From the human T2T-CHM13v2.0 reference genome, Homo sapiens, in the NCBI RefSeq assembly GCF_009914755.1, contig NC_060927.1: a stretch of DNA of 64,000 bases. One strand, written 5' to 3'. Of this stretch, positions 1 to 12,212 are shown piece by piece. Position 1 is the stretch's first letter. Each line of letters starts with the position of its first letter. A model generated the notes under the pieces. That model did no database searches, was not told the DNA's origin, and saw only the letters and a program-made list of their open reading frames with translations. The position numbers were made by a program, and so were the translations under genes.

Positions 1-564
1 TCCAGATGTAGCTGCATCTTTCCTTGCCAGTGTACATACAGCTTCACACTATTTGTCCCAGATATATCTGATTGAGAACCTGAAGGCATATGTCTCCATG
101 CTAGCTACAAGAGAGTCTGGGAAAGTGAACCTTTGGCTTCTAAAGTCAAAGCTATCTCTGTCTCCCTCTACATTCATTAGAAGGGGAATTTTTCAAGCAC
201 AGGAAGTATCTTAAAAGGTGCTGGGCAGCCTAAAAGATAATACGTGTCCACTTGACACTGCCTTTGAGCTTCAGTAGCGCAATACCTTTTGATTTTTTAA
301 GGCAGGTATTACTTTCTACCTTGTTTGAAAACAGGAGTTGTGTTTGCTTTAATTTTTTAATGTGCCCACAGAGTACTGAGCCTGTACTCTCAAGAGGCAC
401 TCAATATATGACCGAATAAAAGCTGAATTATCTGTCTAGTGGGATTTTATAGGTGACTTAAATTCTGTTCGTGTGTATTTAAAAAATTTCCAATCATAAA
501 CATTTGTAATAAAAATAGTTAAAGTTTCCAAAACTTGATCTAACTGGGAGAAAAACAATAGGTC

Positions 565-860
565 TGAAGTATCTTATCTTCAAATCTGAAATCCAAAATT
601 CTCTGAATGTCGAAGGATTTTTTTTGTCTGATACCTCATTGGCAGAATTACCTGACCTGAAGTGACACAAGGCTATTTATAGTCTTCATTGTTCCACTTA
701 ATTGAATATTCATATGTTTCCCGGCAGAAATATTAATGTACTTGATTACAAACTGTTGCCCTGATCTCACTGGAGTACTATACTGTATATGATCTCTATT
801 ATCTCTATAAAATCTGGAAAACTCTGATGTTCAAGACTCATCAGTCCCCAAGGGTTTTTT
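565..860. mobile_element. Old TcMar-Tigger-like DNA transposon relic
   Basis: Degenerate resemblance to Tigger-type MITE consensus, judged by eye; boundaries approximate. Confidence 0.3.
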
Positions 861-1271
861 GAAGTGTGTATGCATGTGTGTATTTGTGTATACACACTTG
901 CATAATATGTACATAGAACGTTCTGGAAGGGTGCATTCAAATTGCCAGCAGTGATTATATCTTACAGAATGGATTAGATGGGGAGATAGTGAGGAATGAA
1001 TTTATGCTTAATATTCTTTAGCATTTCTAATTATTATTATAAAAAACAATTGCCTTTTTAAATGAAAGAAGATAGAGTAGAATTGAATAGAAATGTTCTT
1101 GTACTTAGGAAAATAGTGGTAATATTAATTTTAAAAGATGGTTTGTCAAGTAGGCTATGCGTTTCACATTAGTTCAACATTACAACTGATAAAGACTCAG
1201 AAAAAGTTATACACAGAATAGTCAGTCTCCTGCCTTTTGGACACTATATGCATGCCCAGGTGGCAGGGAAT

Positions 1272-1557
1272 TTACGTCAGCAAAAGCACTAATTTTGCTA
1301 AAAAAAAAAAAAATAGAGGCACACAAAAATGTGATGAGTAAATGAAACAACTGTTATTAGTGACGGATTTGGCATGTTTTACGAAGTCTGAATGATTACT
1401 CATCCACTGTACATTTGCAGAAGTTCTTTAATAAAAACCAGACGCATATGTAGTAGCAGGGGTTAGTAGGTGGATGGGAGGATTAAACCCTGTGCGTTTC
1501 TGGAGCATTGGTTTGTAACTGTTTTTTGGCTTGTCAACAGGCTATTTTTCTGAGTCA
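1272..1557 (+). promoter_or_regulatory. Putative MITF-E promoter motifs (CRE-like/half-MARE, AP-1/ARE)
   Basis: TTACGTCAGCAAAA at 1272-1285 (CRE-like site overlapping an AT-flanked TGCTGAC Maf half site on the minus strand); TGAGTCAGC at 1551-1559. Motif matches only. Confidence 0.35.
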
Positions 1558-1579
1558 GCCTATAGGATGGCTTCCCAGG
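1439..1579 (+). other. MITF: MITF alternative non-coding first exon 1E (5' end approximate)
   Basis: Strong donor CAGG|GTAAGT at 1580-1585. It lies upstream of 1H, as in the known order 1A-1J-1C-1MC-1E-1H-1D-1B-1M. GGTTAGTAGGTGGATGGG..GATTAA matches my recollection of the MITF-E-specific 5' sequence (memory, not a database hit). Confidence 0.65.
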
Positions 1580-3407
1580 GTAAGTCTGATTTTGCTTTTC
1601 TGGTTTTAAAATATAAAGTGGTAATGGAGAGCTGACTAGTTGCTCTCTGCATTAGATTCTGTAAATCAATATTGCCTGCATTTCTTCTGTAAGAAAGACA
1701 TTGGTCGCATTTCAGCATATTCTAGTGTTCCTGCTGCTCATTTTTGTAGCTTTGCCTTACCTCCCCCTAATTTTAAAAGTCAAATGCCCAAGTGCTGAAA
1801 GAATTTGCAAGGGGAATTGCAAAGGTCATGTGTAAGTTCTGTGGCTGAAGTGTGGAGAGCAGTATGATTGAGCTGCAGCCCTTCATGAACCTTTCTTTTC
1901 AAGAGGAGGTTTCCAATAAATTAGGGTAGCACACTTTATGTGCTTGTTTATGACCTTAAAAATGGTTTAGATTTTGCTGAGTGGCCATTACTGCTGCTTT
2001 ATGACATGGAATAATGGTTTCAACCTGCACAGTTTTTCATTTTTTTCATTTTTGTACTGAAACAATGTCATGCATCAGTCAATGTGAAGTTCATTTTTTT
2101 TTTTCTTTTAAAGGGACTTGGGAGAATGTTAGACATTAGAATAAGTGGCTGGGTTCTAACTCCAGAGAACTTTGGTTCTTGAAAAAAAAAGTGAAGATTC
2201 TCCAAGCCGTTACAAATGAGCTTTGTAGTGATCTCTGATGAAATGATAAAAACACTGCTTTTCCCACTGGAAGATAAATGCCCCTTTTCATTAACTATAG
2301 TATGAGGAACAAAATCATGTGATTTTCTTTTTTTTTTTTTTAAGTTTAACCTTAATTACTTTTTAAAGGCAGTTTTCATTTTGTGATTACTTTTTTTTTT
2401 CTTCCGGTGCCTAGCATAGTTGAGGATTTTATCTTCTTGTCTATTTTAGGATACTCTAATGAATAACGGAATTTTGACGTGCTCTTTCAAAGGAAGAGTC
2501 TAGTTGCATCCTCCCAGCCATCGGCTGGTTGAGCTGTCCTACCCACTTCGTTTCAGCTCATGGAGGCCACCGTGAGGGGCTGGGGCATGTCAGTGGCCCA
2601 CAGCTATTCTGAATGGTAGTTATATCTATGTGGGGGCTCAGAAGGGAACCGACTTTCCATTCATTAATGTTCAGTACCCACGAAAGAAACCGATATTTAA
2701 AAAAAAAAAAGTAAGGGAATTTCAGTTGATTTTTTGAAAAACGAAAACGTTCACATTAGGACCTTTAAAAATGAAAGCATTTATGTTCTCAGTGCTGTGG
2801 ATCTCACATATAAATAATTGCACCCCATCCCCCTCCCCCCACACCCCTCCTCCCCAAGTCTGAAACCCTGTTGCAAGGGCTGTGTGAAGTGGGAGGTTAA
2901 TGTGGCCTCTCTTTCTGGGACATCAGTAATTCTTGAATATTTTGGGTAAGGGTAGAAAAGTATCCCATTTCAGCTGATCAGTAATTTAGGAGCTTTTAAA
3001 TGCTGATGTAAGCAAGGGTATATTATGGAATAGAATCTGAGATGATACTATAAAGAGACATCTCTGTTGCTAAGGGTCAGTCCAGACCACACTCCTAGAC
3101 CTTACTTCTGGTCCTCCTTGCAAGGGTGGTCATCTGTCCTCTGCTGTGAGATCTTCTTTGGTAGAAATGTGATGGGGTTTGCTTTCACCCCTTCTCAAAA
3201 GGCTGTGCCAGGAACACTTCTATGGGCACAATAAGGTGAACCACTGTGAGGTTTGAGAAAATTAATTGCCCGGGGTGAGCTGGAACACTTAATCCATCGT
3301 GTCACATATACACAGAGGTCTTTGAAAGGGACAGGAGTCTTGATGGAAGGCTCAGCTACCATCCAGACATTGTTAGAATAAGAAGACAATTGCTCCTTTC
3401 AATGAGA

Positions 3408-3484
3408 GAAAGGGAAGAATAAAATGTGATGGAGATTGGCACCTCGGAAAGGGAAGAATAAAATGTGGTGGAGATTGGCACCTC
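3408..3484. repeat. Tandem duplication, 2 x 38 nt (period 39)
   Basis: GAAAGGGAAGAATAAAATGTG(A/G)TGGAGATTGGCACCTC at 3408-3445 and 3447-3484, one mismatch. Confidence 0.95.
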
Positions 3485-3692
3485 TTCTGCCATTCTTTAA
3501 CCTCCATAATGACTTACCAAAGAGCTTTTTTTAAAAAAAGAGATCGACAGGAAAATTAATTATCAATGATTTCAGAGCAGATTATTAGATATGTGAATTA
3601 TCCAGCCTCTTTGGATTTTGTCCTGTTGTCATCATTTGTCAGTATTTCTCAACATGTCATCGAAAGGTGATTCAGGATGAAGCACAAAACTG

Positions 3693-4066
<374 letters not shown>

Positions 4067-5117
4067 TGACAGACATATTTCACCTTTTAGTAGATGAGAA
4101 TACATTCAAGACTAGGCTTAAGTACATATATCTTCGATGTAATTTATTAAACCCTTAAATCCATATTCACACATACAAAATAATCAGATCTTAAAATAAT
4201 TATTGGAAGAAAGAAGAGGGAAAAATAGTAGGCAATCTTCATGACACTTTAATGTGTATGTTTACTGCTTAAAATGTTCAAACACATCTTTGTTTTGTAT
4301 AGTTAATTTTGGTGGTATAATATTTGAAAAGGTGATAGATAAAAAGTGCAGGATGCAATTCTTGAAGCTGTAATTTGCAGGACACTAATAATACAAGTCC
4401 ATTTTCTTTTCTGAGTGTGCTATTTATACAATTTATATTTTTAACAAATCTTAGAACTGGAATGAAAATAGTAATTCATCTTAAGGGTAAGAAAGGTTGC
4501 AGCTGTGCCAAATTTGGAAACTTTAATCAGTCCTCTTAGTGCTTAAGCACAGACTATGGAATATTCTAATTTGTATGTCACAGAGCACAGTGCTCAGCAG
4601 AAAGCATGCACTATCTTAAATTAATGTTAATTAATTAATGTTAAATGATTGAGTCAATTTGGCAGTACTTCTTTTCGTCTCTGAAAAGAAATCATATTTA
4701 ATTTAGAAGTGGCAGGTCAATTTTAAAGCCAAGCTAAAATAAGTAGGTCAAGTGAAATTGTGCACAGGGCAGGGATAGTGGTGTTATATGTACGAAGAAA
4801 AAAGACTGAAAGGAAAAATATCAAAATGTTTACCTGTGAAGATGATGAATAATTTGTTTTTTATATATTTTTGTTTGCCTTTAGTTTACCACAGTGGGCA
4901 AATACATTCTTCGGAGCAGTATACTTTCATGACATATGTTAAGCTTTACATAACTCTTTGTTAAATCTCCCGTTGATGAATTAATAGTAAACATGATACC
5001 TATCAAATATGAAGTGAGCGGTGTCCTCTGTAGTTGGGCAGCATAGTAGCTTTGAGTGGAACTTACATTCTAGCAAAATTCATTTTTTCAAATAAGATTT
5101 TATGTAAAATCCAAGTA

Positions 5118-5700
5118 TAGTCAGTTCTGCTATAACACAACATATGTGTTTCTAAAAAATCATCAGGCTACTCCAAAATCATGCAGTAGACAACACACGA
5201 TGTATAGGAAAAATGGGGCTAGGAGCACAATGCTAAAAAATTTCATCAGTGACATCTGAAAAAAGAAAAGATAGGAAGCTAATAAACACAGTAGACAGAT
5301 TTATACCCTTTAATTTAAGCGATACATTAATACAACAACAAACTTGTTACTTTGCTTTGAATAACACCTGGATTTTGCTTGTAGAAGTGGCTTCAGAAGA
5401 GTTGCAGCTGGTGAGTTATTATGCAGTGGTAGAAGGAAGCTTATCTGAAACTGGATCAAAAATTATAGCATCAGAAGTGAATGAGTGTGATGCATAACAC
5501 TCTTAGTAAACGGAGGTAGCCGGTAGATGTTTGAAGTGTGTGCTTGGTGCAGCTGGGTGCAGTTTTCAGGGTGTTCACCTACTGTTTCTTGAAGACAGAA
5601 TCACGCACAAGCAAACCAAAATTCTTGGGGGATATGCTCAAGTTGTTTACTGTGTAACAAATTTGCATTTCCAAAATCAACGTGATGGCAGAACTGACTG
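5118..5700. mobile_element. TcMar-Tigger non-autonomous DNA transposon
   Basis: Terminal inverted repeats TAGTCAGTTCTGCTATAAC (5118) and GTGATGGCAGAACTGACTG (ending 5700); TA on the left flank. Confidence 0.75.
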
Positions 5701-6683
5701 AGATGGATGAAAAAAAGCTGCACTAGCTCTAGGTATGTCAGGAGCCCAGTGTGGAACCCAACCTCCCCATCACCACCCCAGGGGTTCCACAGAGCACTGC
5801 TGTGTGGTGTAAACTTTATTTTGTTTGTTTGTTTGTTTGTGACCTGGAACAGACACAGAAAGTTATTTTTCTTGTGGAGAGTTTCGGTCCTACCTACATA
5901 TCCTTCCCTGGCTGGAGTCTGGAGGTGTGCCAAGGGCTTTGGCATTGACAACTTTCAGTTCCACTGCCAGATGGGCTGTCCAGTAAAGCAAATGGCCTTG
6001 AACTGAAAACCCTATAGAATACCTCGCTCCAGGTCCTTGCCAGGGACTATAACCTTGAGTACTCAATGAGTACTCCGTAAGTACTCAATACTTATGAAAT
6101 GCTGCTATGAAAAACCAATATCTATGGATTACAGTGTGAAGAACAGATGTTCATTTGTTTCTCTGGATACCCAACAACGAGGGAAGAAGGGTATGTTGTT
6201 TGAGAAATCATTTTCCAAAGTGTCAATATTGAAAGAAGGCGTGAGAAATTTACATTTATCAAAAGGGGTCATTGGTTATAAAATAGTTCAGGGAAATCTG
6301 TATAATCTCTACCAGAAATAATCTAGGCCAGCAGAAATCTCTATTCTGAGATTTTGATATCCCTGAAAATTTGTGCATCCTCCCTCCACCCCCGGCAATT
6401 AGTTTTACTGGATTATACTTAATATTATGCCTCTGCCCCCATTGAATCTCGTTACAAGATAGAGCCTTACAAATCTTTATTGTATGGGGTGTCTGTCTTG
6501 TGGGTGTTACAATGTCCTTTTTATGAAGACTCTTGGGTGAAGTGTCTCTCTGGTTTCAATACCACAAATGACTGTACTTCTACACAACTTTGGGTTTTTA
6601 TTTTATGTATATAGTTAGTCATGTAACTGATCATGTTTTCTTCCTCTTTATGGCCACAGACATATTTTCTTTGACCCATACCG

Positions 6684-7178
6684 TTTTTGTTTGTTTGTTT
6701 GTTTGTTGTACTTTAAGTTCTGGGATACATGTGCAGAACGTACAGGTTTGTTACATAGGTATACACATGCCATGGTGGTTTGCTGCACCCATCAACCCAT
6801 CATCTACATTAGGTATTTCTCCTAATGCTTTCCCTCTCCTAGTCCCCCGCCCCACGATAGACCCCGGTGTGTGATATTCCCCTCGCTGTGTCCATGTGTT
6901 CTCATTGTTCAGCTCCCACTTACGAGTGATAACATGTGGTGTTTGGTTTTCCTTTCCTGTGTTAGTTTGCTGAGAATTATGGTTTCCAGCTTCATCCATG
7001 TCCCTGCAAAGGAAAACAACTCATCCTGTTTTATGGCTACATAGTATTCCATGGTCTGTATGTGCTACATTTTCTTTATCCAGTCTATTATTGATGGACA
7101 TTTGGGTTGGTTCCAAGTCTTTGTTATGGTGAACAGTGCTGCAATAAACATACATGTGCATGTGTCCTTGTAGTAGAA
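6684..7178 (-). mobile_element. L1PA 3' end (3'UTR plus end of ORF2), non-inverted part
   Basis: T-rich tail, then CTTTAAGTTCTGGGATACATGTGCAGAACGT... typical L1PA 3'UTR in antisense. Confidence 0.95.
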
Positions 7179-7714
7179 CTATAGTAACCAAAACAGCATG
7201 GTATTGGTACCAAAACAGATATATAGAACAATGGAACAAAACAGAGGCCTCAGAAATAATGCCAGACATCTACAACCATCTGATCTTTGACAAACCTGAC
7301 AAAAACAAGCAATGGGGAAAGGATTCCCTATTTAATAAATGGTTTTGGGAGAACTGGCTAGCCATATGTAGAAAACTGAAACTGGACCCCTTCCTTATAC
7401 CTTATACAAAAATTAACTCAAGATGGATTAAAGACTTAAACATAAGACCTAAAACCATAAAAACCCTAGAAGAAAACCTAGGCAATACCATTCAGGACAT
7501 AGGCATGGGCAAAGACTTCATGGCTAAAACACAAAAAGCAATGGCTAACAAAAGCTGAAATTGACAAATGGGATCAAATTAAACTAAAGAGCTTCTGCAC
7601 AGCAAAAGAAACTATCATAAGAGTGAACAGGCAACTTATGGAATGGGAGAAAATTTTTGCAATCTATGTATCTGACAAAGGGCTAATATCCAGAATCTAC
7701 AAGGAACTTAAACA
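7179..7714 (+). mobile_element. L1PA ORF2 fragment, inverted 5' part of the same insertion
   Basis: Translates to [18 protein letters not shown]...[21 protein letters not shown]...[10 protein letters not shown] (L1 ORF2p C-terminal region) with a frameshift near 7550; head-to-head junction at 7178/7179. Confidence 0.95.
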
Positions 7715-8874
7715 GCTTTTTTTTTTCAAACAAAAAGAAAAACTATTTTCCAGCATTCCAGTGCTGAGACAATTTCACACAAGTGTGTTTGAATTACTAG
7801 CATTTACTGAAAAATCAGATCTGGTAACATTGAACTCTCATGTCACTATGGCAACCATGGGATTCAATAAAGTATTGCCATTTTCCTTAAAATAGAACAG
7901 GCACTCTTCAGTTTTACTTTTTTTAATTTTACCTGCCTGGGCCCTGTAGATGTTTAACTGTAAACCCTCTGGCTTAGAAAGCAATTTGTGACCCACCTCT
8001 AGAAAACGTGCAGGCTTTTATTTGCATTTGTGTACTAATCTTATTCCTGAACTCATTTTATTTTTTTCTTGAATTATGTTTCCTTCATTCTATTTTCTTC
8101 ATCCACTTATATTAATTTTCCATCATTGGTTCATCTTGGGATGTTGTGTGCTTTTTCATAAATTGCTTTAAGTCCTTTTAGAAAGAAGCAAGAGGTATTA
8201 AATATATAAATATTAAAATTAGGAGAATGACTTCTTTCTCCCAGATCATTTTATTTTTATTTTTGGCCTAGTAAATTTAAAGTGATTTCAGCTATTTTTC
8301 TGACCTATTTTTGAGTCTACTTGATTCTAGTACCATTCAGAGCTCTGCAATTCTTTGTTTTCTTTTCTTTTCTTTTTTCTTTTTTCTTTCTTTTTTTTTT
8401 TTTTGCTATTTCCTCACAGAAACTCTGAGAAAACATGAGACATTCAGTACATACATTGTTTTGTACCTAAAGTTGGTTGACTCTCTATGATTTTGCATTA
8501 AGAACTGAAGAGTTAAGTAATTTTCACATACAATTTGGGATTTCCATATCTCCTTGAGAAATATGAAGACACAACTAGACCCAGTTAGCCTTTAGATGTG
8601 TTTGTGTCTAGTTCACCACATCTTTTCCTTACCTCCCCCATTGCCTCCATGACACTGAGGCTGAATGCTACTTGTCCTGTTTTCCTTGATTTTCTTGGTC
8701 TGCAACCCATTGTTGGTCCACCACCCAAGCTGATCCTGCTGTCAAAACATGTTCTACTCTTTGGCAGGCACTGAATTGGCTTTTCTTTAATGTCCCTCTT
8801 AGAGCCGCGAGCTTCCTCGGCAGGAGTGTCATGGCTCTGTGTGTGCATGTGTAGGTAAAAAGAACACTAGGTTA

Positions 8875-9230
8875 ATTCATTCACCAAATGTTTATTGAGC
8901 ACCTACTTTGTGGCAAGGACTGTTCTGGTGCTGGGAATAGAGCAGTAAATAAAAGAGGCAAAGATATGTGCCCTACTGGAGTTTACATTCTACTGGGAGT
9001 TGGTAAGTGCTATAAAGAAAAATAACACCAAAGGGCTTTCTCTTTAATTTGAGGATGATATGTTAGACCTTGCTGCCTAGGGCTTTTTTTTTTTTTAACA
9101 GAGATCTAAATTAATTGAGAGATCTAAATTAAATGAGATCTAAATTAAATGAGCTGTGCAGCTGTCTGGGGAAGAGCATAGCAAACCAAGGGGCAGCAAT
9201 GAGAGTAAAATCCTGAAGGAGAGAACATAC
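8875..9230. mobile_element. L2 3'-end fragment
   Basis: ATTCATTCACCAAATGTTTATTGAGCACCTACT is the reverse-complement L2 3' terminus signature; boundaries approximate. Confidence 0.6.
9101..9153. repeat. Short tandem repeat, ~3 x GAGATCTAAATTAA(A/T)T
   Basis: Directly visible. Confidence 0.9.
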
Positions 9231-9479
9231 TGGATTTAGTATTAGACATGACTTTTATTTCAAATACTGCCTTGCCTAATGGTGTGAACTGTGACCTTCT
9301 GGACCATGTCTGGGAACTCATCTCTAAAATGCTAAGATTCTATGTAGAAGAAGGACCATGCCTTACTAGTTTCTACCCAGTGCCAAGTCTAGTCCTTGGC
9401 TCTTGGTAAGCATTTGGTAAATATTTGTGCAGTTAACAGATAGACACAACAATGGTTTTAAAAGAATATAAAGCATCTT

Positions 9480-9784
9480 GGCCAGCCGCAGTGGCTCATG
9501 CCTATAATCCCAGCACTTTGGGAGGCCAAGGCAGGTAGATCACCTGAGGTCAGGAGTTTGAGACCAGCCTGGTCTCAACATGGTGAAACCTTGTCTCTAC
9601 TAAAAATACAAAAATTAGCCAGGCATGTTGGTGTGTGCCTGTAATCCCAGCTGCTCAGGAGGCTGAGACATGAGACTCACTTGAACCCGGGAGGCAGAGT
9701 TTGCAGTGAGCCAAGAGTGTGCCACTTCACTCCAGCCTGGGCAACAGAGTGAGACTCTTTCTCAAAAAAAAAAAAAAAAAAAAA
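9480..9784 (+). mobile_element. AluS
   Basis: Full dimer with polyA; TSD GAATATAA(A/T)GCATCT on both sides. Confidence 0.95.
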
Positions 9785-11839
9785 GGAATATAATGCATCT
9801 CAAAAGCCGGATCTTAGCTGATTGTTTAATACAATCCCAGAGATTAATGACAAGGAAGATGCCTAGTCCTGAAATGTGTCCAAGGAATTTCTCTTTAATG
9901 ATAATTCCATATTTTCTGCACTTAGCAAGACACATCTACACATCAAACTGGGGATTATTATGACCCAGGAAAGGGACCTGGGATTCTTTGACTGTTTCCT
10001 CTTGAGGGCATTAGTGTCACTGATTGGGAGACAGTCCTCTAAATTCAGCTAAATATTGGTCACCCTCTATAAGGACAGTGGGACAGCGGGAAGCAGACTA
10101 AGTGCAAGGATTGTGTCTTAGTTGTTGTATCCGTTTTTTTCCCTTAGTGTATCCCAACTTCTAATGTAGTACCCATGAGCTCACAGTAAGAGCTCAGTAC
10201 ATATTTGGTAAAGAGTGAATAAAATCAAGGGATGCATTTTCAAGCTCTTTCGGAAGACAGTGTTGGAGTCATGCTGGAAAGACATCATACATTCTGCCTG
10301 TTTCCTTCCTAAGAAGGACACACTAGAACTAGAGGAGATTGAAAAGGCTGAAAAGTGGCGTGAAGGCCAGACCTAGTGGTAATGTCTTATTTGCATAACT
10401 CATTTAGTTATTATCTTTACTTACATATGGGGAAATGAGGTCAGAGCTAGTAAGTGGCAGAACCAGGTAGTTTGACTCCAGGGGTTGTATTTTTAACTCC
10501 AAGAGTGTGTTACGTACAGAGAAGGATAACTAGCAGTTACAGAAACAGAAGTATGAAAAAAAATCATTCACTAAATAGCTGAATGGATTCTGTTAGTGGC
10601 ATTAGTGACTGATGATCTTTTCTGGTGAAAAATCATTTCTTTCACATGGAACAGGTTTCAGATGGAGAGAAAAGTCTACTCCGTAACTCACACTTCTCTG
10701 GCTTTTTTGTGGACTCCTCCAAGACTTTGCCATGTTTCATTTCTTGAGACTTTATATCAGATTTTCTAAAAGCCATTGGGGAAGCCCTTCATAACAGGAA
10801 TTCTTATTTTGATTCAGATAACACATGGGTATTTCCTAACTACCATGTTCCCAATCCCACATGCTTCATAGCCTAAGAGCTCTTTCCACATTTAATGATG
10901 TGCTGGCCACATTATTTCCCATCAGCTTCAACTCCTTCTTTTCTATTTCATGAAAAAATTCTTGTTCATGAACGATTAGGTTTTCTTCTGCTTATTTTCC
11001 GTGTAGATAGAATGAACTCAGTTGTTACGATGCTCTTGCAGAAGAACAAATTTAAAGCTGGAAGAAAGCTTTGCGAATTTATAACAGCAGTCTGTTGGGT
11101 TCAGAGAGAATTGTTGGAATCCTATGCTTTCCTTTCATTTGTGTGCTTTTCAAGTGAGGGGAACATTGTGATTTTTGTAGATGGTGTCAGCATAGATGGC
11201 AGAGATAAGCAGATATCCTGGCCAGCGTTCTGGGGAAGATGAAAATGCTTGTGTTTTCTCATGACTTTATTTTTCCAGAGCTGACTCTATGGCAATATCA
11301 CTCTGACAAATATTGGCTGGCCATGGAATATTTTAAAGAGCAAGGGTTTTGTGAATGTTCTGTCTATTACCATGGCTGAGGAATCAAAACACAATATTCT
11401 CCACACATTTCCTCGAGCACTCATGGATGGATTCCAGTATGATACTTTCATGTTAGCTCTTAGACCACAGGAAGAATTTAAAATAAATGATTACTGAAAA
11501 CACAATGAAGAAGAATCGAGTAGAATGTTTTGTACCATTTTTCTCTTTCTGCACGGTAATATCATGCTCAGAGTGGTGACAAAGACTAACTGAGTGCAAA
11601 AGGGCTTTGCAAAAATTTATGTTTTCAGATGCTTGTTGTGAACATGATGGCAATGACAATCATGTCACATCTGCTTCGCTCGTGATCTCTATCCTTATGT
11701 AAGGAAAGAGCAGACACTGATGATGTTCAAAAACAAACCCACCACAGACATCCCAAAGACTTCTATAATTTTCCCCCCTTCTCTAGAATGTACTTCTCAC
11801 ATTATTGTGTGATTAATGAGAATAAATTATATGGTGTGA

Positions 11840-12212
<373 letters not shown>

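Noticed and set aside
7154-7895. 134-aa and 90-aa ORFs
   Set aside because: Frameshifted L1 ORF2 remnants, not a host gene.
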